Positions 27,201 to 40,045 of a stretch of DNA of 64,000 nt are shown one piece after another. A program made the position numbers and the translations under genes. Positions within the stretch are counted from its first letter, which is position 1, and each line of letters begins with the position of its first letter. The notes below the pieces were generated by a model. That model searched no databases and was not told the origin of the DNA. It saw only the letters and a program-made list of their open reading frames with translations. Source of the DNA: Octopus sinensis (Eukaryota); NCBI RefSeq assembly GCF_006345805.1, contig NC_042998.1, positions 132,370,001 through 132,434,000 on the forward strand. Direction: 5' to 3'.

Positions 27201-27606
27201 AAAATGTAACTATGTAGCTCCTCTTCAGCAAGAAACCCATTCTGCTTTTGTCCTTTTTTCTCATGCTTCAAGCCCTCATCTCCAAGCACAACATAATGCT
27301 GCCTCTCTCAGGGTTTGTAGTTTTATAGTATTGTAACCTCGCTAGTGCAGGTGGCATGAAAAAAAGTACTCACTACATGCTGTAAAGTGGTCAGTGTTGG
27401 AAGGGCATCCAGTCATAGAAAACAAGCCAAAGTAGACTTTAGAACATCATGCAATCCATGAACCCATTAAATTCTGTCAAACCATCCAATCCATGCCAAC
27501 ATGTAACATGGATGTTAAATGATGATGCCCATGTGTGTGTGTGTTTGTGTGTATATGTATGTATGTGTGTATATGTATGTATGTGTGTATATATATATAT
27601 ATATAT
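23871..27606. repeat. Near-perfect tandem duplication of ~1.87 kb (23871-25732 and 25733-~27606)
   Basis: Identical ORF translations in the track at an offset of 1874 (24980/26854, 25045/26919). Both breakpoints fall in (TA)n. Confidence 0.97.
24046..24438 (-). mobile_element. Near full-length SINE family A (duplicated at 25908-26310)
   Basis: tRNA-like head, central (GT/CA)n, and (GTAAAAGA)n-like tail (CTCTTTTACTCTTTTAC on the plus strand). Confidence 0.85.
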
Positions 27607-27608
27607 AA

Positions 27609-27645
<37 letters not shown>

Positions 27646-28461
27646 TAATTTGTCCTTGTATCCATCCATTCTGTCTTCACTCACACATGTGTATAACACA
27701 GAAATAATATTTTGGGGCTGTTCTAAGAATTTTGTATTACTAATAATGTCTTTAATTTTTGACTCTGTGTTTTTCCTGAGTACTACTTGTATACACTCAC
27801 ATGAAGATGTCCCCATACACCCACACATAAAATATTCCTGTAATATAACACAAATGTAATATATATATATATATATTTATTATTATTATTATATGTGTAT
27901 GTGATGTACATGTGGTATGTGTGTGTTCTGAGTTTATATCCGGTCCAGTTTAAATTTGCCCTTTCTTCCTGTGGTTAGTAAAATAATAATTACCAGTCTA
28001 AAGTGCTGAGGTCAATTTAATTAATTAAAACACTTCATGTTCTTATGGTCGGAAAGTTCTTTTCTCTGCAGTTACGTGGTCCTGGTTTTGTTCCCACTGT
28101 TTGGCATCTTGGACAACATGCACATTCTTTTTCTTTCTTTTTTTCTTTTTGCCCCCCCCCCCGCCCCCTCAAACCCCATTTATGGTTGAAATTTCATAGG
28201 CAACAGCTCTGAGAAGACTTGTGTGTGTGAGAGAGAGAGAGGGGCGGATATAGGTGTATTTTTTTGTAAATCAGTCTAAAATGGTGTTATTTATGAAAAA
28301 CTCTCGTGGTATCTACCGCAGTATAGTTTCTTCTAACAGAACATCCATGCTTAAGTGAGCATAAATATTACCTCTCTGTACTAATGCTGTCTCTGTCGCT
28401 AATATTCTTTTTTATTCTTTTACATGTTTCAGCCTTAAGGCTGTGGTCATGCTGGGGCAAC

Positions 28462-28506
28462 GGCATATATATATATATATATACACACACACATATATAT
28501 ATACAC

Positions 28507-28548
<42 letters not shown>

Positions 28549-28976
28549 ATATATATATACACATATACACATACATATATGTATATATATACATATACAC
28601 ATATACACATACATATATGTATATATATATATATATGTATATATTACATATACACATATACACATACATATATGTATATATATACATATACACATATACA
28701 CATACATATATGTATATATATACATATACACATATACACATACATATATATATATATACATATGGATATATATATATACATATATACATATACACATACA
28801 TATATATATACACATATATATACACCATATATATATATACACACATATATATATACACACATATATATACATATATATATATATATATGTATACATATAT
28901 ACATATACACATACATATATATATACACATATATATACACACATATATATACATATATACACATATATATACACAC

Positions 28977-29014
<38 letters not shown>
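28462..29014. repeat. Complex TA/CA microsatellite with a higher-order ~38 nt unit
   Basis: ACATATACACATATACACATACATATATGTATATATAT recurs several times. Confidence 0.9.
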
Positions 29015-29019
<5 letters not shown>

Positions 29020-30269
29020 AAAACGGTGTGTTGATCAAGCGTAGCTTGTCGTATTTGTTGCTAAAGGACCATAACTCAGTACAAGTTGAATTTGCAAAAC
29101 TGCTAGAGATAATAAATTCTGTATTAATTTATTTAAACACTTGAAGTCAGTGTGCTACAGTCTAATAACTGAAAACAGTAAAAGCATGTGTACAAGTGTG
29201 TGGGAATACACACACACACGCACACACACACAAACACATACTTATTCAGTGACACAAAAAATAAAATTATACATATTATTTATATAACATATACTTAAAA
29301 GTTTCAGCTGACTTGTGTGTGTGTGTGTGTGTGGGTGCGTGTGTGTGTGTGGGTGCGTGTGTGTGTGTGTGGTGTGTTGCTGGCAGCACTCCTTGCTGAA
29401 TACCAAACATCCACTCATGATGACCTCAAAGCCATAGCATACTCCTCAAGTAAGAAGGAAAATATCTACAGTCTGTGACATTCAGTATTTCCTTACAACA
29501 TCAGTCAGCCAAAAAGTTTTCAAGTGAAGTTTGCTGGTGTGTGTGTTTGTGTGTGTGTGTGTGATGATGATGATGATGATGATGTTGTCTTTATGTGGTT
29601 GAGAAAGTTATCCTCATTTTCGGATGCAGGAGAAGCAGATCTGTATGGACTGCTTGCTTATTTAGTGTGTGTACGTGTGTCTCTATCTTTCTATTCGTCT
29701 CTCTCTCTCTCATACACACACGCACACATAAATATAACATACACACATGTAAATATAACATGTGCACATACACATACATTGAATAAGAAGCCAAACCATA
29801 TTTCTGCTTCTCCATCTGAATTGCTGAGTTATTTAACCAGAACAACACAAACAACAGCCGTTTTGTTTCAGAGACAGCTAGGTTAATTTCTATGTTATTT
29901 GTATGTGTGTGTGTATAGACACACACACACACACACATACACGAGCTTCTACGTAGTTTCCATCTACTAAATTCACTCACAAGGCTTTATTCAGCCCAGA
30001 GCTCTAGCAGATGACACTTCCTCAAAGCACCTCAAAGTGGGAATGAACACAAAACCATGCAACTTCACATTGAGCTTCTAAACTGTACAGCCAATCATAT
30101 TTCTGTGTAAGTAATACAGCTGTCTATCTAGTCATATATATTCACATGTGTGTGAATGTACATGCATATGTCTGTAACTGAAATATCCATTAGAGCTTTT
30201 TAAATTCATTCTACTAATAGTTATAGTGAATTTTATATACTGTGGCAGGAAATCACAATTGCTTTAGAA

Positions 30270-31285
30270 CAGTGATTCTCAACCATTTTTTACCAATGGA
30301 CTTCTTTGGTTGTTCTTTTTCTCAGATGTACCCTCCTGCCCATTTGAAGTTCTAAAAAAATCCAATTATATTTTTATAATTGAATACTCCTGCTGGTGAC
30401 AAAGGGCCTCTTGCTCAGAGTGAAAGGTCAGATTGTATGATGCATGTGTGCAAACTAACTTGCCTCATGGCAGTGAAACATGGGCTGTGATTGCAGAATA
30501 CATGCGTAGACTTGAAAGAAATGAAGCTAGCATGATCCGCTGGATGTGTAATGCCAGTGTGCACACATGATAGAGTGTAAGCGCCCTGAGAGAAATGTTG
30601 GACATAAGAAACATTGGATGTGGCAGGCAAGAGAGACGTTTGCATTGGTATGGTCATGTACTACAGATGGATAAGGAGAGTTGTTTGAAGAAGTGCCTGT
30701 CCCAAACAGTGGAAGGAATCTGGGGAAGAGGGAGACCCAGGAAGATATGGGATGAGGTGGTGAAGCATGACCTTCGAACGTTGGGCCGAAAGACCGAGAC
30801 CTCTGGAGATATGCTGTGACTGAGAAAACCTGGCAAATAAAGTGAGATCACAGCTGTAACCTACACCAGTGTCGCATAACCAGCCAACTCAAAAAGTACC
30901 CTTGGATCATAGGGTGACATGCCATGCTTGAAGAGACCTATTGAGTCAAGTACATCAACATGAAAATGAAATCAAATCACAATCAAATGGAAATTGTAGT
31001 TGTGGTCCCTGTGCCGGTGGCACATAAAGAGACCATGCGAATGTGGCCAATGCCAGCATTGCCTTGCCTGGCTCCTGTGCCAGTGGCACATAAAAAGGAC
31101 CATCTGATCATGGTCGATGCCAGCTCCCTTTGGCCCTTGTGCTGGTGGCATGTAAATGATGATAGTGATGATGATTTTGTGCATCGTAGAAGTATGGCTG
31201 ATTTATTGCACACAATTTTTAACCACTAAAATCTTATATGGACTCCCCAAGGTTCATATAGATCCTGTTGACTACTGTTTTTGAA
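30270..31285. mobile_element. hAT-like MITE split by an RTE LINE insertion
   Basis: Left end CAGTGATTCTCAACC (30270) and right part AAAATCTTAT..GGA..CCCCAAGG..CATA.AGA.CC..TTGA..ACTG (~31225-31280) match the uninterrupted copy at ~46910-47042. Confidence 0.5.
30390..31185 (+). mobile_element. 5'-truncated RTE-clade LINE (ORF2 C-terminus, 3'UTR, GAT tail)
   Basis: YDACVQTNLPHGSETWAVIAEYMRRLERNEASMIRWMC...RRLHWYGHVLQMD...GRGRPRKIWDEVVKHDLRTLG. Confidence 0.92.
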
Positions 31286-32419
31286 TAAGCAGTTATAAGG
31301 CAATTGCATTCATCCCACTACAATTTGGAAAGATGAGATATAAATCAGTCTCACTGACTGAATGCAAATTTGAAATGTAAAGGGGCTGGAGCTAAGCAGC
31401 AACACTATAAAGAATTTAGTTCAACGGGCCGCCCTTCATTAAGAAACAGCATCAGCAGCAACAGTAGTAGTTTTAGTAAAAAAGAACCCTAATTATTTCT
31501 GAGATTGGTAAGCAGTTATTAATCTGCAGGAGTCATGTGGTGTGATACAGCTCATTGAATGGACCAAAGAATATTATTAGGATTTTTTTTTTTTTTTAAT
31601 TATTTGCATAAAATAATGTGGGGTGTTGTTAGTCTGAAGTTCAGCTGTTTCTATCAGTAAGGAAGTTTTGTATTTGAAATAAATGTTCACAGTTCAAACC
31701 TAGTCAAACGATTGTGTATGAAAAAGCCTCCTTGATATGTTTGCATTTCATAATAAAGATTTGGCTGCTACATTCAGCATGCAAAGTCCTGTTGCTAGCT
31801 AATATGGGTATCTTTGTGTAATAACACACACATATACACCAGAGTTGCTGGAAAATTTATTTTTACAGCTGGATGCATTCTCCCTTAGTGCCAGAATCGC
31901 TCAACCATGACAACCCAGTCCCCCATACCCTTACAAGAAATAGAAGGATTAATGATGATGATGATGATGTGGAGGAGAGTAAGGAAGGTGCCAGTGTTAG
32001 TTTTTCTTCCCTTTGCTTCTCCTAATTAATGCCCTTGGGGAAAAGGCATGAATGCCTGATCTTCTTATTACAACCTTTCTATCCCCTATACATCTGCCAC
32101 TGGAAAATCTGCCATGCCTAATTTGAAATGCATGATATATAGAAAAAGCAAAGGAAATAAACAAAAACAACATTTATAAATAAATGAGACAAATTAAACA
32201 ACAAAAAAAAGTCCAGAAAATATAAACAGTTTTATTTTTCAAAGAGTTCAACTAAAGGCCAGAATTTCATTTAGTGTGTGTGTGTGTGTGTATTAGCATA
32301 TAGTTCTTTCATAAGTACTCCATGTATGCTAAGGTTTCTTCCTTGTCCTCCTGTAGCCTATGCCTCACTGTTTTTCTTTATGGTATGTGTGTGTGTGGAA
32401 GATGGTGAGCTGACAGAAT

Positions 32420-33030
32420 CATTAGCATTAAGACTGGGAGCTGGTAGAATCGTTAGCATGCCGGGCGAAATGCTTAGCGGTATTTCGTCTGCCGTTACGT
32501 TCTGAATTCAAATTCTGCCGAGGTTGACTTTGCTTTTCATCCTTTCGGGGTCGATAAATTAAGTACCCGTTACGCACTGGGGTCGATATAATCGACTGAA
32601 TCCCTTTGTCTGTCCTTGTTTCTCCCCGCTGTGTTTAGCCCCTTGTGGGTAGTAAAGAAATAGGTATTTCATCTGCCGTTACGTTCTGAGTTCAAATTCC
32701 GCCGAGGTCGACTTTGCTTTTCATCCTTCCAGGGTTGATAAATTGAGTACCAGTTATGCATTGGAGTCATTGTAATCGACTAAATCCCTTTGTCTGTCCT
32801 TGTTTCTCCCCACTGTGTTTAGCCCCTTGTGGGTAGTAAAGAAATAGGCATTTCGTCTGCTGTTATGTTCTGAGTTCAAATTCCGCCGAGGTCGACTTTG
32901 CTTTTCATCCTTGCGGGGTTGATAAATTAAGTACCAGTTACGCACTGGGGTCGTTGTAATCGACTGAATCCCTTTGTCTGTCCTTGTTTGCCCCCTCTAT
33001 GTTTAGCCCCTTGTGGGCAATAAAGAAATA
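32420..33030 (+). mobile_element. Young SINE family B with its 184-bp body triplicated
   Basis: Units start at 32480, 32664 and 32848, with a single head. Confidence 0.9.
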
Positions 33031-33313
33031 AGAATCCTTAGCATGCCAGACAAACTGCTTAGCTACATTTCTTCCAGCTTTAGAATTTGTGTTCAAAAGC
33101 TGCTAAGATCTTGGGGGGTCAATAATATAAAGCAGCAATTGAGCTATCGACTAGCCTCTCCCTGAAATGAATATTTTCAGGCCTTGTGGCCTACGGTACA
33201 AATAATTATATATGTAAACATATACCTGTATGTGTGTACACATATATCTGCACATGTGTTTGTATGTACGAGCAGGGTAGAGTAGTGTTCAGTAGAAGCA
33301 GTCAGAGTTTATG

Positions 33314-33612
33314 TACAAGGTCCAATCAACAAGTATCCAGACTGGGCCTGTGAAAATATAACTACAACATGTATCAATCTGGCATTTAATCTCCTTCAAT
33401 GTAGTCCCTTTTGGAAGCCACACACTTAATCCAATGCTGTTTCCATTGATGGAAGCATTCCTGGAACTCGTTTTCTGGTATAATCAGCAGCTGCCTTGCC
33501 GCATTCACTTTGATTTCCTTGACCATCCTGAAATCTTCTTCCTTTCAAGATGGATTTGATTTTTGGAAACAGGAAAAAGTGGCAATGGGTGAGATCTGGG
33601 GAATAAAAGGTG
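33314..33612 (-). mobile_element. mariner transposon 3' end (transposase C-terminus and TIR)
   Basis: FYSPDLTHCHFFLFPKIKSILKGRRF, then after a frameshift IKVNAARQLLIIPENEFQECFHQWKQHWIKCVASKRDYIEGD*. TIR TACAAGGTCCAATCAACAAGTATCCAGACT. Confidence 0.9.
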
Positions 33613-33675
33613 CGTGTGTGTGTGTGTATATACATATATATATATAAATAAATAAATAAATGTGACCGCATGTGT

Positions 33676-33860
33676 ACCGTTGGTGATTTTTTTCCCTCTG
33701 TCTTCCCAGTCTCTGGATCTTTCCTTCTCCTATGTTTCCAACAAAGAGCCCCGCTCGAAACGTTAATCCCTCCTTCTTTCCTTAGCGTCCAATAATACTA
33801 TGTTTGTTCCACGTTCTCGCGTTGTGTTTTTTTGTGCTTTCTTGTTTGGATTAACTATAT
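33676..33860 (+). mobile_element. Second copy of the Penelope-like repeat end
   Basis: Aligns with 16520-16715. Contains AAAGAGCCCCGCTCGAAACGTTAAT. Confidence 0.55.
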
Positions 33861-33867
33861 ATATGTA

Positions 33868-34235
33868 TCTCTATATAAACGGCAGTTTGTCTGTGTGCGT
33901 GTCTGTGTGTCTGTCAGGTTGTACCCTCACCCTGAGCACGGCTTTCAACCGATTCTGATGAAACTTGACACACACATAGCCCAATGTCATAATTCAAAAC
34001 TAACGCAGCGAAAATTTTGAAAAGTTCCCCCAGTTCTGAAAAAATCGATAAATTCGACATGGGGTCGAGAATCAGAAACACAAACCACAGACTGTCTAGG
34101 GGACGCAACTCGACCTTTTTAACTCTAAAAAAATTTACCATCATTTTTTTTTCCATTTTTTTGGCTATAACTCTCTAAAAATGCTTTATAGTTATTTCCC
34201 TTACAAACCCGAGCAACGCCGGGCGATACTGCTAG
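33868..34235 (+). mobile_element. Complete non-autonomous Helitron (368 bp)
   Basis: Begins TC after host A, ends CTAG before host T. Subterminal hairpin CCCGAGCAACGCCGGG (34208-34223) lies 8 nt before CTAG. (GTCT)-like repeats near the 5' end. No TSD. Confidence 0.85.
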
Positions 34236-35331
34236 TATATATATATATATATATACACACTAAGCTAAAAAAATAAGTAACTCTTTTTGTCCTCCTCCTG
34301 TTCTTAACCCCTATCCAAACCACTAGGTCATGTGGCTGAGATATATATGTTTGTAAGTTGATCTGTGTGACTGCCAGTACCCCCACCACACAATCTACTA
34401 CTCAATCCTATCTCTGCTATGCTCTCCAACCTCATGATATATTCCTGTCTAGGACTAAGCTGATTGTTGTGATGGCAATAGTGGGGCTGGGGGTGTGTGG
34501 CTGTTGCTGGTAGTAGTGGTTGAAATTGGAAAGTATGTATGTATGCATATATGGGTGATCAAATTTATGTTGCTGAAGTTTTGTGGCGGTAGCAGAAGTT
34601 AGGGTTCATTGTTGGAAGTAGGGTTATGGTATATGTGTGTATGTGTGTGTATATGCATATATGTATGCATATTGACTGTGTGTGTTCATGTAAGTCAGAG
34701 ATGGTGTTTCTTTCAAAATTTATTAAAACCGTGATTTTGTTCAATTTTGATCTTCATTATTAGAAATATTATGCCAATTTATACGTTTCTTTCATTTGTT
34801 CTTTGCATTTGACTTAATTTATTAGCTCAACAGTTCAAGATCTTCAGTTTTATTTTCATAATTACCAGTTGTAATGACACAGTCACTACATTCTGCTGTA
34901 TGCTGCAAAGGCTCTTGGGAATGGTTAAGGTCTGATAAAATTTTCAATACCAGATTTCAAATTATTTGAAGGTCTTGAAATATCTATTTGATGTATTTAG
35001 AAACTTTATGTTAGACTTAGAAGAAAGGATGAAAATTTATAAAAAAAAAAGATCAAATTTAAATATACTTGTGTTTTTAATAACACAGATATATACGTAC
35101 ATATACACATTATATATATTCGCCTGTTCTGGTCTATTTTTCCATGCTTGCATGGGTTGCTCTTGGCATTAACCCTTTCCTGTTCTTCAAGTAAGGGATC
35201 AGACTGGCTATAGTGCCATAGCAGAAAACACTTGTCCAAGGTGCCACACAATGGGAATAACCCCCGAAACCATGTGGGTGGGAAGCAAACTTCTTACTGC
35301 TAAGCCATGCTGTGTGCATGTATGTATGTAT

Positions 35332-35362
<31 letters not shown>

Positions 35363-36534
35363 AATACACAAATGACATCAGGAGTCTGTGGCCATCCAGT
35401 ACAAATATGTACATATACACACTAGTGCAGTGGCAACATAGTCATACTGGGTTAGAAGCCATGGGCAGGGCAAACATCTGGAATGATACATAATAGCTTG
35501 GGCATGCTCCATGCTGGATACTCTGCAAGGTCTGAAGATATGTTCAGCCACTTTGGCAATCTTCTGCATTCTTGTACAAGCTCAAGTCGTCTTGACTTTA
35601 TCTTGCCACTAGGCATGCTGTGTGTGAATAAGTGAATTTGACATGCATGCCGTACCTACTTTAAAAAGATAACACTTTGCACTTGTCTAGCATCTGTGTT
35701 CTGTAAGATTATATGGCACACAATTGACAGACCTCCATCTCAGAAACAAATAGTCTTCTGTTGGTGGCTAGGGTATTCCCCACATCTGCAACAATGAAGC
35801 CTCACCACTTCCATAGTTCAGGCACATAGAAGGTGTAGTAAAAGCTTCAAGGTAAGTCTGACTGCTATTTCTAGCAGGGAATGTTACTATATAGATGTCA
35901 TCCTGCTTTACCTATTGCTGGTTAATAGGGTTGCAAATAAGTTTTGTAGAGTTTGTGAAGTTTGCATGAGAATGTGGGTGGTGATAGCAATAATAATAGT
36001 ATTTGTAGTTGGTGGTTGGCGAGTCTGGCTTAAAGGTGGCGGTGGTAACAACTGTGATGGCTGTAGTAGTGGTGGTGGTGGTGGCAACGGAATATTTGGA
36101 AGTGGCTTGAAGGAGGATGTTTGAGCAATATGCTTTGCGCATGGTGGTGAATGTGTTGGTGGTGTTTTAGGTAGATTTTTTTTATGGTGGTTGAGTGGTG
36201 TGGGTCTTGGGCTTCAAGTGGTGGTGGTCGTGGGTGGGGTGAGAGGGGGTACTAGTGAGTTATTTGAAATGTTGGGGTTGGATATAGTCAGAATATCTGT
36301 TTATTTGTAAACTGAATTCACTTTTTGTCAGTCCTGTTGCTTGTATATATATGTGTGTGTGAGTGTGTGTGTGTGTGGTGAATGAGGTTGTATTCTTCTG
36401 TTTGTCTTTGGATCTACCTCTCCCTCTTCTACTTTTCTAACCCATCAACTCAAATTTGCAGTTAAATAAAACATGTGTGCACTACAAGAAAAAATATTGC
36501 TGGGAAAATTATTTTATGTTTTCAGAGATTTCAG

Positions 36535-36574
<40 letters not shown>

Positions 36575-38249
36575 TGTGTGTGTGAGGACCTCCACTGACA
36601 CATACATACACACATATTATCCCTACATGCCTGCTCTCCAGAAATAAAAAGGAAAGAAAAAAATTTTGGAATCTTGGTAACTCGCTTTATTATTTTAAAT
36701 AAGAATGATAACAATAATAAGTAATTTCTTAAATTTGGCATGAATAATAATGATAATAATAATAATAGAAATAATAATAGTGACAATAAGAATAATAGCA
36801 ACAACAAAAATGGTTATTCATGTCTTATTTTTTTATGTCTATTTCTTTTGATGATGCAGAAAGGCAAATTGTTTTTAGTAGAAGACAAGATAGAGTCAGT
36901 CAGTTAATTGATTTGACCCGAGTATATACATTTTTCTTTTGCTTATTCATATCAAAAGAAGGTTGCTATGGAAAATGTGGTGATTCTCAAGAGTATTTCG
37001 TTTCCAAAAACAGAATGTGCAAAACCACACGCGTGTGCGCGCACACACACATCTTAAAGTTCTGGAAGGATAGAAAAAACAGTAATTCCAATGCAGCACT
37101 CAGTTCAAGCTTAAGGCTATCTGTAACTCATGAATTGTCTTGAGTAAGATCGAAATCTTTCAGGTGTGGAAAATCCAGGTGTCACATCATTAACACCCAA
37201 TGTGTAGGTTTAGGAGAAATGAAAAAAAAAAAAAAATTATCTAAATAAGAAGACAAAAACTCTTTGACTTGATATTTTAATTATTTATATATAACCATCC
37301 TCAACGTTTCACATCTATTTTCCGTGCTGGCATGGGTCAGATGGCATGACAGGAACTGGCAGTCAGGGACCTCTAGCTATAACTTTTTCTTTTTTTGATT
37401 AAGGATAGTTAAGGACTGCATTGCCTAATGTTCTTTCCTTTATTCTGCATAGTTTGGCTGTGATTTGAGGGAGGTATTGATTACTATTTCTAGCAGACTG
37501 AACCAGCAAGTATGGGTTCCCTCACTGTCTGTGTGTGTGTGTGTTGTGTGTGTGTAACTTCTAAGCAGTTTCAGCATATGTTTCTATTACTGTTGTTTGT
37601 TTCTAGGTGGGATGATTTGGTTGGTTGCAGTATGTCCAGATCAGTCTATTTTCCCTTTTTTTTTTTTACATAACTGGCAACTGTTACATAGATTTTTTTC
37701 ATTATTTTTTTTTATGCTGTTGTACAGTTTTTAAAATTTTTTTTTGTTTTTTGTGTGTGTGTTTTGCATGGGCGGGATGATATTTCTGTTGGAACATTTA
37801 TTTTTACAGCTGGATACCATTCCAACTGTTAGCCATTCAACCATGAAGTAAGGAGTGTGAGCCTATTTCATGGCTCTGTGGCAAACTGGGACGAGCAGAG
37901 TTATGTGCCTTGTTTAGGGTCACACCACAATGGCTGTAAAATTTGGGAGTTTTGACCCTATAAACAATCTCTTGTAATCATTGTTCCTAAACACACATGT
38001 ACACACACACACACATGAGAGAGAGAGACACACACAGAGAAAGAGCTGCTGACATGTACACAGTTTAGTGTTTTGAATGCAGATGATATATTAGAAATAT
38101 CATCATTATTTAACGATGGTAGATTAGTAGAAATGTTTAAGGCATTAGAATATGCGTTTTGCAGTGTTTCTTCCAATTCTTTGTTTTCGAGTTCAAATAT
38201 CACTTAGGTCAGCATTGTTTTCTATCATTTCAGAGTCAGTAAGACAAGT

Positions 38250-38745
38250 GCCAGTCAGTTACCAAGGTGGTGGCAAAACTATTAGCATTGTCCGACAGAA
38301 TGTTTAATGGCATTTCTCCCAGCTCTTTATTTTCTGAGTTCAAAAGCCACCAAGGCTGACTTTGCCTTTCACCATTTTGGGGTGGATAAAATAAATACCA
38401 CTCAAGTACTAGGGTTGACATAATTGACTTCCTCCCCCTCTTAAAAAGTGCTGGCCTTGTGCCAAAATTTGAAACTATCCTCCTCCTCATTATTATTATT
38501 ATTATTTAGGCAGTGAGCTGGCAAAATTGCAAACACACTCGGCAAAATGCTTAGCAGTATTTCATCCCTCTTTTCATTCTGAGTTCAAATTCTGCTTAGG
38601 TCGACTTCGCCTTTCGTCTTTCTGGGGTGAGGGTGGGGGTCGATGAAATAAATACCAGTGAAACATTGGGGTTGATATAATCGACTAACCTCCTCCCCTC
38701 AAATTTTAGGCCTTGTGCCCATAGTAGAAAGGATTATCATCATTG
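38250..38745 (+). mobile_element. Two head-to-tail SINE family B copies joined by (ATT)n
   Basis: Both contain TTCTGAGTTCAAA...GACTT.GCCTTT...GGCCTTGTGCC. Confidence 0.75.
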
Positions 38746-40045
38746 CGTGGCTTGCACTGCTATATTTACATAAGTTCAGGTTTTTGGATTCACTTGTGCC
38801 ATACTGGGATTGCTAGCAATGCCAAACATCTGTTCCTATCATTCTCCCCACCACTTTTGGAAATCCCTTCCCTTTTTTTCCTCTAGATAAAGAAAAAAAA
38901 AGTAAATTCCCCGCTGTTGTAAGGTTTTGTTAGATAGCTACCAATTTCCATTTTTTTTTTATCACAGATGGATTGAGAAGCTGTTAGAAGAGGTGTTGTG
39001 GTGCCACTATAATGATGTATTGATGAGGCATGAGCACCTCAGCTTCATTTTATATTCCTTTCTGCTGAGAAAAAAAAAATTCAGGCTTTGTTAAAAAGGG
39101 AAGACTGGAACACTCTAATTCCTTTTCTTTTTCCCACTTCAAAGAGTGTGTGTGTGTGAGAGAGAGAGTGGTTGGTATTTGTAAAGGAAATTCTTTCTTT
39201 TTTCCAAGTCTACTGGGTACAAAAAGGTTGTATTTTTTTTAGGGTTTTTTTGTTGTTTTTTAGCCTAGTTTGTTGACTGCAAATGTAATAAGACATATTT
39301 AGAAACATCTGAAAATAAAATCTGAAATTTTTTCCTTCTTTCATTATTCAGATTAATTACTGTTGTTTCAGCCGCCACCAGCACACACCCTACCATCGCC
39401 ATCATCACTGTTGCTGTCACCATCCTACAATAAAAACATACCACTATAACCACCCATCACTCGTAATATCAACATTGACACCACCATCTGCATGCAACAG
39501 CAGCAGTAATATCATCATCATCATCAGTAGCAACAGCACTATGACTTGTACAGCTGCTGCTCCTGGTACTACTACTACTACTACTACTACTACTATTACT
39601 GCAACAACTACCACCCTTTCATTGATATCAACTGTTACTGAATATCCCTACCACCACCTCCACCATTTGCAACAACAGCAGCATTGCCATCGTTATCATG
39701 ATCGTTTATTTGTCCCTTCTTCAATATACATAAATACCAGCAACAACAGCAACACCACCACCACCACACCACCATCATCATCATCATCATCATCAACATT
39801 GTTACTATAGTGTTAAACTACTGCAATCACCATCAACAACAACCTCTAAAATGGGCCTTGGCAACCTTTTTTTTAATTTAAGAAGTGGGCTGCAAGTGAC
39901 ATGGCTCATCATAAAGGTGAGCTGCTTTACTAAAGCAATTTGAGGTAATTTTCCATTAGGTATGCTATTCAGAAAGCCTCGCAGGCCTCACACTGCTCTA
40001 ACATCTACTGGCAGTAACCATTATCACTAATAATAATGGTCAGTT

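Noticed and set aside
28368-29038. Long ORFs of 110-216 aa (YI/YT/CV repeats); similar ones at 11982-12531, 18211-18708 and 60236-60755
   Set aside because: They are translations of TA/CA/TG microsatellites, not proteins.
32480-33030. CRISPR-like array
   Set aside because: These are 184-bp SINE bodies with no unique spacers, in a eukaryotic context with no cas genes.
35450-35860. Possible CRE/other LINE remnants (also 56750-57050, 42690-43080, 44760-45000, 14560-14960)
   Set aside because: Only faint motif resemblance; too degraded to call without an alignment tool.
39475-39810. Thr/Ser-rich mucin-like ORF
   Set aside because: It is a degenerate trinucleotide repeat (CAC/CAT/TAC/CAA) tract without credible splice sites.
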